From Deltaproteobacteria bacterium (GTDB taxonomy: Bacteria > Desulfobacterota > Dissulfuribacteria > Dissulfuribacterales > QOAL01), in NCBI GenBank assembly GCA_027067775.1, contig JAMOVK010000150.1:11564-75563 (forward strand): a stretch of 64,000 bases of DNA. The letters are read 5' to 3'. The position numbers and the translations under genes were made by a program. Numbering within the stretch: the first letter of the stretch is position 1; each line of letters starts with the position of its first letter. Below, one piece after another: positions 19,037 through 27,995 of this stretch. The notes under the pieces were generated by a model. The model ran no database searches, was not told the DNA's origin, and was given only the letters and a program-made list of their open reading frames with translations.

Positions 19037-19756
19037 ATGAGAAGACTGATTACCGGCATGATATTCCCCTGGTTTTTTCCCCTTTCTTACATGGTGTGTG
19101 CTCCAGTGGCCATTTTAGGGGTGATGATCACTGGCAGGCAAGATTTTGCCCATAGGATAGGCCGCTTTTGGTCTGGACTCGTTCTCGGTGCGTGTGGAAT
19201 AGAAGTAAAGACCAAGTTTTTAGGGCCAAAGAGCTTTGACGGACCAGTCATCTTTGCCTGCAATCACGCCAGTCAGATGGATATTCTTGTCCTTTACAGG
19301 GCCCTGCCTGTGACATTTCGATTTCTGGTCAAGAAGGAGTTATTTAATGTTCCGCTTCTTGGTTTGGCCATGAAAAAGGCGGGTTACATTCCTATAGACA
19401 GAAAAAACAGCAGGGCTGCAGTAAAAAGTATAAAAAAGGCGGCAGACAGGCTGAAAAAGGGGGCCTCCATTGTCATATTTCCTGAAGGGACTCGGAGTAA
19501 AGACGGTAGGCTTCAGAGTTTTAAGGAAGGAGGTTTCATGCTCGCAATTAAATCAGGCTGCCCCGTTGTGCCAGTGGCCATAAGGGGTAGCCATAAAGTT
19601 CTTCCAAAGGGGGCCTTCATAGCTCGTCCTGGTAGAATTGATGTCACGGTGGGAAAGCCGATATCAGTAGTAACCCGGGACAAAAGGCTTACGAGAAGCG
19701 AAATAAGCTCCATGGTATACCAGGAGCTGTTGGCTATGCTTGCAGGGAAAGAATAA
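19037..19756 (+). CDS. plsC: 1-acyl-sn-glycerol-3-phosphate acyltransferase
   Basis: Acyltransferase motifs CNHASQMD (HX4D) and FPEGTRS. I prefer ATG 19037, while the track starts at TTG 18989. Confidence 0.85.
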   Translation: MRRLITGMIFPWFFPLSYMVCAPVAILGVMITGRQDFAHRIGRFWSGLVLGACGIEVKTKFLGPKSFDGPVIFACNHASQMDILVLYRALPVTFRFLVKKELFNVPLLGLAMKKAGYIPIDRKNSRAAVKSIKKAADRLKKGASIVIFPEGTRSKDGRLQSFKEGGFMLAIKSGCPVVPVAIRGSHKVLPKGAFIARPGRIDVTVGKPISVVTRDKRLTRSEISSMVYQELLAMLAGKE

Positions 19757-19771
19757 CAAAGGAGGCAGAAC

Positions 19772-21223
19772 ATGGCGGTATGTGAATTTGCAGTGCAAAG
19801 AAAATATAGCCTAGAAGACAGAGATATTTTGATATTTTTTTACGGGGATGAAAACACACCGTTTTTTTCTTCGGACCAGATCCCTTTATTTATTGACAGT
19901 CCTTATCCACCAGATGACCAGGGGAAGTCCATTACATTTCAGGCGGGTTTGCATGAAGGGAAACGTTTTCAGGCTGTGGCCATGCGTGTTGATGACAAAA
20001 ATTTTAGTAAGGTCCAGATGTTCAAAAGACATGTTTCTTCTATGATCAGGTCAGCATCTGATGAGAAAAACAGGCGGGTTACGGTTTTTCTTGCCAATGA
20101 CAGGCATGGGTTTCTGTCTCCATGCATGGAAGCTGCCCTTCTTGGAGGTTACAAATTCGACAAATATCTGGAGAAAAAGCCGGAGTTTCCCCAAGTCCTT
20201 TGTGTGACAGAGAAATCTTTATCGAAAAGGGAAGAAAAGGATTTGAAAGAGAAGGAGGAGCTTTTTTTCTGGGTAAATTTTGCAAGAGACGTGCTTAATG
20301 AGCCTCCAAATGAGATACATCCAGAGAGTTTGGCGAGTGTCTTTCAGAAGATGGGCAAAAAGGCCGGCCTTAAGGTGACGCTTTGGAATGAAAAAAGGCT
20401 AGAGAAGGAAAAGTGTGGAGGTATTTTGGCAGTAGGACAGGGAGCAGCTTCTAAACCCAGGTTGGTGATTGGAGAATACAGGCCGAGAAAGCCCAAGGGG
20501 TTTGTAGCCTTGGTGGGAAAGGGCGTGACCATGGATACCGGAGGCTACTGTCTAAAACCTGCTAGCAGCCAGATAGGCATGAAGTATGACATGGGTGGGG
20601 CAGCCATGACCTTTGCGGCAGCATGCGCCCTGGCAAGCCTCAGGCTTCCTTTGAGAATCGCTGTTATTACTCCTTTGGTTGAAAATGATATATCCTCACG
20701 TGCGTTTCACACCCAGGACATCATCACCATCAGAAATGGCAAGACCGTCCAGGTGGATAACACAGATGCAGAAGGCAGGCTTATACTTGCCGATGCATTA
20801 TGCATAGCCTCTGAGATGAAGCCAGACTGTATTGTTGATGCTGCCACCCTTACTGGGGCCTGTGTTGTTGCTCTGGGAGAGGATATTGCAGGTGTATTTG
20901 GGCCTGACAGCCGGTTCAACAGGGAGCTTATCGAAGCAGGCAGGGAGGCAGACGAAAATCTATGGGAAATGCCGTTGTTTATGCCCTACATGGAGCAGCT
21001 CAAGGCAGAGATTGCAGATATGAAGAATATTGGCAGCCGTTGGGGGGGCGCTATAACGGCGGCACTTTTTTTGAAACAGTTTGTAGATGAGAAGATACCC
21101 TGGGCACATATTGATATAGCAGGGCCATGCGTGAAAGAGGAGCCACTTGGTTTTCTTGGCAAGGGTGCAAAGGGATTTGGTGTTAAGACCCTTTTCGAGT
21201 TTGTCACTAACCGGTTTTTATAA
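19772..21223 (+). CDS. pepA: Leucyl aminopeptidase (M17 family)
   Basis: 483 aa. M17 signature VDNTDAEGRLILADAL and GKGVTMDTGGY. Confidence 0.9.
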   Translation: MAVCEFAVQRKYSLEDRDILIFFYGDENTPFFSSDQIPLFIDSPYPPDDQGKSITFQAGLHEGKRFQAVAMRVDDKNFSKVQMFKRHVSSMIRSASDEKNRRVTVFLANDRHGFLSPCMEAALLGGYKFDKYLEKKPEFPQVLCVTEKSLSKREEKDLKEKEELFFWVNFARDVLNEPPNEIHPESLASVFQKMGKKAGLKVTLWNEKRLEKEKCGGILAVGQGAASKPRLVIGEYRPRKPKGFVALVGKGVTMDTGGYCLKPASSQIGMKYDMGGAAMTFAAACALASLRLPLRIAVITPLVENDISSRAFHTQDIITIRNGKTVQVDNTDAEGRLILADALCIASEMKPDCIVDAATLTGACVVALGEDIAGVFGPDSRFNRELIEAGREADENLWEMPLFMPYMEQLKAEIADMKNIGSRWGGAITAALFLKQFVDEKIPWAHIDIAGPCVKEEPLGFLGKGAKGFGVKTLFEFVTNRFL

Positions 21224-21266
21224 ATCACACCGTTAAGCAAGCCTGTTTATATAAAACATTGACATG

Positions 21267-21310
21267 GAGAGGGTGTTCGCAGGATACCCTCTCTTCTTTA
21301 TTTATTTTTC
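21267..21310 (+). terminator. Intrinsic terminator after pepA
   Basis: Perfect 8-bp stem GAGAGGGT (21267-21274) / ACCCTCTC (21286-21293), followed by TTCTTTATTTATTTTT. Confidence 0.55.
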
Positions 21311-21481
21311 CTGGCTAAAGGAAGAATATTTTCTGGGTCTTGTGGTGCTATTGCAAAAATTTACGTAAAGCAGCTTGATCCATTTTCCGATGTATTCAAT
21401 GAATGGTAAATTTGTTGTCCCTTTGTTCCTTGTTTAAGACGCTTACAGTCTTTACGGCGATAGAATAGAGAAAAGTTTTTT

Positions 21482-23215
21482 ATGCCTGAAATGTATCTCA
21501 AAGACAAGATAGTGATTGCAGAGGATGATCCCATCACCCTCCTCCTTTTAAAGTCCACCCTAGAAAAATGGGGATTTTCCCCAACAGATGTATCAAATGG
21601 CAAAGAAGCCTTAGAGATCCTAAAGAATGATGATGATCCGAGGATAGTTCTTCTTGACTGGCTCATGCCGGGTATGGACGGTATCGACATAGTTAGGGAA
21701 CTCAGAACCCAAAACAAAGAAATCCCCCATTATGTCATAATGCTTACATCTAAGAACGAGAAAAAAGATGTAATCTATGCTCTTGAGGCGGGAGCAGACG
21801 ATTTTTTGTCAAAACCTTTTGACACGGATGAACTAAAAGCTAGAATTAAGGCAGGGCTTAGACTGATTGGTCTGCATATTCAGCTCAAAAAGGCCATGAA
21901 AAGTGCAAACAGGTTGGCCGAGTTTATTGCCCACTATGACCAGACCACAGGCCTTCCAAACAGGGTCCTTTTTACTGAAAAGATAGAAAAACTGGTACAG
22001 GAGGGAAAGTGTGGAGCCCTGATGCTTGTGAACATTGACAGGTTCAAGGTCATAAATCAGGCCAAGGGATTGGATCTGGGTGATCTGCTTTTAAACTATT
22101 TTGGTGCACGTCTTAACGATTGCTTTGATGAAGCTGCAGTTGTTGCCCGCATTGCGGCTGATGAGTTTGGTGTCCTTATACCCTACAGTAATAAGGGAGA
22201 CTGTGATACTGACAAGATAGTAAATTTTTTGTATTCTAGAGCTCAAAGAATTCATACAAGGATGGCGGAACGTTTTCCAATTGATGATGGAGTTAATATT
22301 ACCGTGAGCATCGGGGCGGCGCCGATTACCTGCGAGATAGCTACGGAGCCGGAAGAATTTTTGAGACGGGCCGATACTGCCTTGAGGCGGGCCAAGTCTT
22401 TTGGAGGTAATCAGACTGTTATCCATGACAGAAAAATGGAGGAGGAGGTCCGGCAAAGATACGAGATAGAAAAAGAACTGGCAGAGGCTATTGAAAAAGA
22501 TCAGCTGAAACTTTTTCTTCAAGCTCAGGTGAATTCCAAAGGCACCTTTTGTGGTGCTGAGGCACTTGTACGGTGGCAGCATCCGACAAAGGGAATTATT
22601 AATCCGGGTCTTTTCATACCAGTAGCTGAAGAAAGTGGACTAATTTTAAGGATAGGTCGGTGGGTTTTGGAGCAGGTTTGCATGTTGCTACACCAGTATT
22701 CGGACAAGAGATTTAGTGTGTCTGTAAATATAAGTCCCAAACAGTTTGCCAGAGATGACTTTGTGGAAGAGGTGCTAGGTGTAGTTTCGGAAATGGACGT
22801 GCCGGCTGATCGGGTAATACTTGAGATAACAGAAGGGCTGCTGATAGATGATATTGATGAAGTTGCAAGCAAAATGGCCAGCCTTTCTCAGGCAGGTTTT
22901 CGTTTTTCAATAGACGACTTTGGTACGGGTTATTCATCGCTTGCATATCTTAAGAGGCTGCCTATATCTGAAATAAAGATCGATAGAGCCTTTGTGAATG
23001 GGCTGCCCCACGATGAAAATAATGGTGCCATAGTAAGGGCAATCTTCTTGATGGCACATGCACTGGGTCTAAAGGTTGTAGCAGAGGGAGTAGAGACCGA
23101 GGAACAGGCCCGGTTTCTCAACGCGGTGAGTAACAATGTAGTTCATCAGGGTTTTTTCTTTTCAAAACCGGCGCCTGCTAAAGAAATTATCAGATATTGG
23201 CTAAACAGAGAATGA
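21482..23215 (+). CDS. Response regulator with degenerate GGDEF and intact EAL domain (c-di-GMP phosphodiesterase)
   Basis: 577 aa. The receiver is IVIAEDDP...VLLDWLMPGMDG...K. The GGDEF site is degenerate (IAADEFGV). The EAL residues are present (GAEALVRW, NISPKQ, EITEG, DDFGTGYSSL, KIDRAF, EGVETEEQ, QGFFFSKP). Confidence 0.9.
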   Translation: MPEMYLKDKIVIAEDDPITLLLLKSTLEKWGFSPTDVSNGKEALEILKNDDDPRIVLLDWLMPGMDGIDIVRELRTQNKEIPHYVIMLTSKNEKKDVIYALEAGADDFLSKPFDTDELKARIKAGLRLIGLHIQLKKAMKSANRLAEFIAHYDQTTGLPNRVLFTEKIEKLVQEGKCGALMLVNIDRFKVINQAKGLDLGDLLLNYFGARLNDCFDEAAVVARIAADEFGVLIPYSNKGDCDTDKIVNFLYSRAQRIHTRMAERFPIDDGVNITVSIGAAPITCEIATEPEEFLRRADTALRRAKSFGGNQTVIHDRKMEEEVRQRYEIEKELAEAIEKDQLKLFLQAQVNSKGTFCGAEALVRWQHPTKGIINPGLFIPVAEESGLILRIGRWVLEQVCMLLHQYSDKRFSVSVNISPKQFARDDFVEEVLGVVSEMDVPADRVILEITEGLLIDDIDEVASKMASLSQAGFRFSIDDFGTGYSSLAYLKRLPISEIKIDRAFVNGLPHDENNGAIVRAIFLMAHALGLKVVAEGVETEEQARFLNAVSNNVVHQGFFFSKPAPAKEIIRYWLNRE

Positions 23216-26200
23216 ATAAGCGCCCGAAGGTTTGTTATTTAGTCCCTGTTGCTTTGTTTATCCTTTTGCTTGGTATTGTTTTTACTTATCAGAATTACGG
23301 GCATTTTAAATATTTTATTCGTCATGAAATAGAGCAAAGATTTCGCGAAAAAGAAAAGACTGTAGAGGAACGTCTTATTGCTCGGCAGTTCGTTTTAGAG
23401 CTTTTGTCATTTAATCCCTATATAGTCGATAGTCTTTCAGAAGAAAATCCACCAGAGATACAGGAAAAGATAAGGCAATATTTGAATAAAATAGGTAAGA
23501 AAAGCGGGTTTCTTGCCATATTCCTCATGAATGATCAAGGGGTATGTATCCTTTCCACTGACAGACGTTTTGAAGGGAAAAACTATGGTTTCAGACCGTA
23601 TTTCAAACAGGCTATAAGGCATGGTACTGGTCAATATGTAGCCCTTGGTGTGACCAGCAAAAAACTTGGGCTCTATCTGTCTAGGAGGGTGAGCGGATAC
23701 TTTGGGCGAAACGGGGTGCTGGTAGCCAAACTTGATCCCCTTAGTCTCTTAAGTGCTTTAAGTCCAGGATACCAAAAAGGATTCAGTGTTTGGGGAGCAA
23801 CTGAACTTGGTATTCTTTTTAATCCATCGCAAGATGGATTTTATCTATTTGAACAAAAAAATCCAGACCAGTTTAAGAGGCTGTCAAGGACGAGACAATT
23901 CGAAGGTGTTACTTTTAAAAGCCTTGGCTTTCCAAGAGGGACATGGCTGGAGCTTAAAAGAAAGGGAAAGCTTAGAGTTGAGAAAGACGGCGAGGTCTAT
24001 GATATAGAGTACTTGTCGATCCTGCCTGGAGTTTTTTCAGTTGTAACCTTTATTCCCAAAGATTTTTTGCCGCCTTCTCTCTTAATGCTCAAGAAGGCCT
24101 TTGTGATAACAAACGTTGCTTTCATCCTTGCCCTTATTCCTTTGATAATAGGACTTTTTATTATCAGGCGTCAATATGAAAAGCTGCTTGCCGAGAGGCA
24201 GGAAAAAAGTCGTAGCGAGTATCGCTACCAGGCGGTGTTGCGTGGCAACAAAGACGGTTTTGTTGTCATGGATAATCATGACTTTCGTATTGAAGAGGCA
24301 AATGCAAAATTTTATGAGTTGTTACAGATAGATCCTGGGAGACAGTCTTTAAATGGAAGGCCATTTCTAGAGCTGCTATCGGAACAGGACAGGCAGCGTT
24401 TTTACGAACTGGTTTCAAAGGAAGGCAAAAATAGTTTTGAATTTCATGCCAAGATTATAAGTAAAAGCGGCGAACACATACCTGTTATTATAGATTTTAC
24501 CAGGCACAATTCTGACAATCCTGCAATAAATTTTTGCTATGCTTTTATTCAGGACATGAGAAAGGGGCTAAGGGATGCCAAGCGTCTCAAGTTACTTGAA
24601 ACCGCCGTGGAACAAAGTGGAAGTAGCATTGTAATTACTGATAATCAAGGGAACATACAGTATGTGAACCCTGCCTTTAGTCAGGTTACGGGCTATTTGC
24701 CTGAAGAGGTATTGGGACACAATCCGCGCATCTTAAAGTCGAACCAACTTCCAAGCGAGTTTTATGAACAAATGTGGAGCACCATATCGTCCGGAAAGTT
24801 ATGGCATGGACGGTTTTGCAATAGAGACAAGCACGGAAATATCTTTTGGGAAGATGCCACTATTGCACCGGTTCAAGACGAAAAAGGCCGCATCACTCAT
24901 TATATTGCCATAAAAAATGACATAACAAAGCTTGTTGAACTGGAGGAAAAGCTTAATCAAAAGGTAAGTGAGCTCCAGGGCATAATGGAATATGCTGGAG
25001 TTGCTATTGCCCTTATTAAAAACAGAACGTTTCTTACTGTAAACAGTACCCTTGCTAAGATTTTTAATGTGTCGAAGGAGGAACTTGTTGGGAAAAGCAC
25101 CAGGCTTTTGTTTTCCTCGGAGGAGGAGTATGAAGCTTTTGGAAAGGTATTTTATCCTGCTTTAATGCGTGGGGAGAGTGTATTCTATGAGATTGAAAGA
25201 GAGCTGCCCAATGGACAGACCAGGTGGTTCCAGATTGCTGCCACTGCCATTAATCCGGGGCCGATAGAGAATATGAAGACCGTCTGGGTAGGAAATGATA
25301 TTACCCAGTTAAAACGACTTCAGATCGAACTTGAAAAAGAGAAAGAAAGGGCAGAAGAGGCTAATAAAGCCAAGAGCGCCTTTTTGGCTAATATGAGCCA
25401 TGAAATCAGGACCCCGTTAAATGGGGTTATCGGTATGCTTTCTCTTTTAAGCACCACCAAACTTGATGAAAAACAGAAGGAGTACGTTCAGATAGCCCAT
25501 TCAAGTGCCGAGGCATTGCTTTTTCTGATAAACGACGTGCTAGATATCTCGAAGATCGAGGCAGGTAAGCTGGAGTTTGATAATGTGGACTTCAGCCTTC
25601 CTCTCCTCCTCCAGGATTTTTCAAAAAGTTTTACCATAGCAGCCAAAAAGAAGGGGATCAGATTTGAGCTTGTTCTGGAAGACAGGGTGCCCAAATGTCT
25701 AAAGGGAGATCCTGGACGGCTTCGTCAAGTCCTTATCAACCTTACAGGTAATGCCCTTAAATTTACCGAACATGGCAGCATAGAGCTTGGGGTGGAGTTG
25801 ATAGAGGAGACAGATCAGGATGCTTTTATCAAGTTTTTTGTAAGGGATACTGGCATCGGCATCCCTCCGGAAAAGCTTGGGCTCCTTTTCAAGAAATTTT
25901 CCCAGGTTGATGCCTCTATTTCCAGGAAGTTTGGAGGAACCGGCCTTGGACTGGCCATTTCCAAAAGACTTGTCAAGATTATGGGAGGAGATATAGGGGT
26001 GGAGAGCCAGGTAGGGAAGGGCTCGACATTTTGGTTTACTGTCCGTTTGGCAAAAGGCGATCCCAATTCTGAAGGTTGCGCCTGTGCGAAGGATCAAGAA
26101 GCAAGGCCAGAGGCATCCGATGGTCGGATCAGACTTGCCGGTCGCGTTCTTGTTGTAGAAGACAATCCTGTAAATCAGCAGGTTGTAATAGGGTTGTTAC

Positions 26201-26928
26201 GTAGACTAGGACTTAGGGCAGAGGTGGTTAACAACGGAAAAGAGGCCCTTGAAGTCTTGGAAATTATTCCATATGATCTTGTATTGATGGATATACAGAT
26301 GCCGGTGATGGATGGTATTACTGCTGCAAAGGCCATTAGACATCCTGATTCAAAAGTGCTAAACAGACAGGTACCCATTGTAGCCCTGACAGCCCATGCA
26401 TTCAAGGAGGAGATTTCCAGGTGTATAAATGTCGGAATGAACGATTACTTGACAAAGCCTATAGAGACTCAGCGTCTTGTGGATGTCTTAACCAAATGGC
26501 TTCCTGTTGCAGTTGAAAGCAAAGACAATCATCCTGAAAAGGAGCCCCAGAGAGTGATGGAATCCAGGGATTCTAACAAAGGAAGAGAGGCCGTTTTTGA
26601 CAGGGATGATTTTTTAGAAAGGACCATGAACGATCTGGAACTTGGCAGACAGGTTCTCCAGATGTTTATGCAGACAGGTGCAGATTTATTAGGCGAGTTA
26701 GAAAGTGCAGTTAAGAAAAATGATCCAGAGGCAATAATGCGTGTTGCCCACAGTATTAAAGGTTCTGCTGGAAATATTGGGGCAAAAATGTTATCGCGTC
26801 TAGCCTTTGAGCTTGAGAAAAATGCTGAAGCCGGTAATCTTAAAGATGCTGCTGAAAAGTTTAAGCGGATCAAAAGGGAATTTGAGCATCTTAAACAAGA
26901 CCAGGGGGTGAAGGAAATAATGAATTGA
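23212..26928 (+). CDS. Large hybrid sensor kinase (Cache-like periplasmic domain, TM, about 3 PAS, HisKA, HATPase, receiver, HPt)
   Basis: H-box MSHEIRTPLNGV, G-box GGTGLGLAISKRL, receiver VLVVEDNPVNQ...LVLMDIQMPVMDG, HPt AHSIKGSAGNIGA. ATG 23212 overlaps the upstream stop as ATGA, while the track start at 23197 is TTG. Confidence 0.9.
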   Translation: MNKRPKVCYLVPVALFILLLGIVFTYQNYGHFKYFIRHEIEQRFREKEKTVEERLIARQFVLELLSFNPYIVDSLSEENPPEIQEKIRQYLNKIGKKSGFLAIFLMNDQGVCILSTDRRFEGKNYGFRPYFKQAIRHGTGQYVALGVTSKKLGLYLSRRVSGYFGRNGVLVAKLDPLSLLSALSPGYQKGFSVWGATELGILFNPSQDGFYLFEQKNPDQFKRLSRTRQFEGVTFKSLGFPRGTWLELKRKGKLRVEKDGEVYDIEYLSILPGVFSVVTFIPKDFLPPSLLMLKKAFVITNVAFILALIPLIIGLFIIRRQYEKLLAERQEKSRSEYRYQAVLRGNKDGFVVMDNHDFRIEEANAKFYELLQIDPGRQSLNGRPFLELLSEQDRQRFYELVSKEGKNSFEFHAKIISKSGEHIPVIIDFTRHNSDNPAINFCYAFIQDMRKGLRDAKRLKLLETAVEQSGSSIVITDNQGNIQYVNPAFSQVTGYLPEEVLGHNPRILKSNQLPSEFYEQMWSTISSGKLWHGRFCNRDKHGNIFWEDATIAPVQDEKGRITHYIAIKNDITKLVELEEKLNQKVSELQGIMEYAGVAIALIKNRTFLTVNSTLAKIFNVSKEELVGKSTRLLFSSEEEYEAFGKVFYPALMRGESVFYEIERELPNGQTRWFQIAATAINPGPIENMKTVWVGNDITQLKRLQIELEKEKERAEEANKAKSAFLANMSHEIRTPLNGVIGMLSLLSTTKLDEKQKEYVQIAHSSAEALLFLINDVLDISKIEAGKLEFDNVDFSLPLLLQDFSKSFTIAAKKKGIRFELVLEDRVPKCLKGDPGRLRQVLINLTGNALKFTEHGSIELGVELIEETDQDAFIKFFVRDTGIGIPPEKLGLLFKKFSQVDASISRKFGGTGLGLAISKRLVKIMGGDIGVESQVGKGSTFWFTVRLAKGDPNSEGCACAKDQEARPEASDGRIRLAGRVLVVEDNPVNQQVVIGLLRRLGLRAEVVNNGKEALEVLEIIPYDLVLMDIQMPVMDGITAAKAIRHPDSKVLNRQVPIVALTAHAFKEEISRCINVGMNDYLTKPIETQRLVDVLTKWLPVAVESKDNHPEKEPQRVMESRDSNKGREAVFDRDDFLERTMNDLELGRQVLQMFMQTGADLLGELESAVKKNDPEAIMRVAHSIKGSAGNIGAKMLSRLAFELEKNAEAGNLKDAAEKFKRIKREFEHLKQDQGVKEIMN

Positions 26929-27182
26929 TTTTTAGAAACATTTTCACAAGATTTTTTATCCCGGGTCAAAAACCTCAGAACTGAACAAAAATTTTTGTGT
27001 TATTTCCTCTTCTTTATTACAAAAAAGAAAAAATAATAGGCAAGTTAAAAATATTTCATGGATTTTATATTTGACCTGTAAGGAAGATAATATTATTTTA
27101 CCGCTGAATCTCTATTCATTGTTTTGACGGCTTGTTAAAAGTCGTACTTTATCAATTTGGGGATTGTTGAAAGGAGAAAAAA

Positions 27183-27929
27183 ATGGACGTTAATTCGATT
27201 CAACAGCTGCTATCTAACCTATACCTTTATGGATGGGCCGGTGCCGTAATATTTTTTATCTTGTTTGTGTTACTGCTAAGGCAGAACAGTAGTAACTCAG
27301 CAGCTGTCAGTAGGTTGGAGAATGAAAAGGCCGAGTTGGATAAGCAGTTGTCCGAGTGTAGAGAAGAGGTCTCTGAACTGCAGTCTAAGGTAGATAGCCT
27401 TGTGGAAGATAACGAACAGAAGGCCGAGACCATCAGCTCTCTTGAGTCTAAGCTGACTTCTGTTGAAAAGGAGCTTAAAGACAAAGAGGCCAAGGTCAAG
27501 GAATTGGAGTTCCAGATAAAAAATCTGAAGACCGAGAATATCCAGCTCGGTGACAACCTCAAGGATCTTCAATCAAAACTTTCAGAGGCAGAGAGCAAGA
27601 TTCAGAACCTTGAGTCTCAGCTAAAGGAAAAAGAAAGCCTTCTGGCCGAAGCGCTAGAGAAGGCAGCCCAGCTTGAGAAAGAGCTTGAGGATATCAGATC
27701 CAGGTTCAGGCTGGCCGAGTTGTATATCCATATGCGCAAGCTGCATGACGAGTTTGACAGTGAATTTACTCAAAATATCCTTAGGGGTCTTGCCACAATG
27801 AATATTGCGGATATTGATCTCAAAACGGCTCAGGCCATATTTGAGCAGGCTATGGCATCTTTTCAACATTCCACACCATCTCAGGAAGCTAACGAACCTG
27901 AGGACGTCTTTGAGGAAGAAGAGAATTAA
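27183..27929 (+). CDS. Membrane-anchored coiled-coil protein, function unknown
   Basis: 248 aa. One N-terminal TM (YLYGWAGAVIFFILFVLLL), about 150 aa of heptad-like E/K/L/S-rich sequence and an acidic C-terminus (EPEDVFEEEEN). SD GGAGA lies before the ATG. Confidence 0.6.
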   Translation: MDVNSIQQLLSNLYLYGWAGAVIFFILFVLLLRQNSSNSAAVSRLENEKAELDKQLSECREEVSELQSKVDSLVEDNEQKAETISSLESKLTSVEKELKDKEAKVKELEFQIKNLKTENIQLGDNLKDLQSKLSEAESKIQNLESQLKEKESLLAEALEKAAQLEKELEDIRSRFRLAELYIHMRKLHDEFDSEFTQNILRGLATMNIADIDLKTAQAIFEQAMASFQHSTPSQEANEPEDVFEEEEN

Positions 27930-27995
27930 ATCACAAATTAGCGTAGCCTGATATTAAAAAAGGCTGCGATTTTACCATTTCAGGGAGGAATTAAG

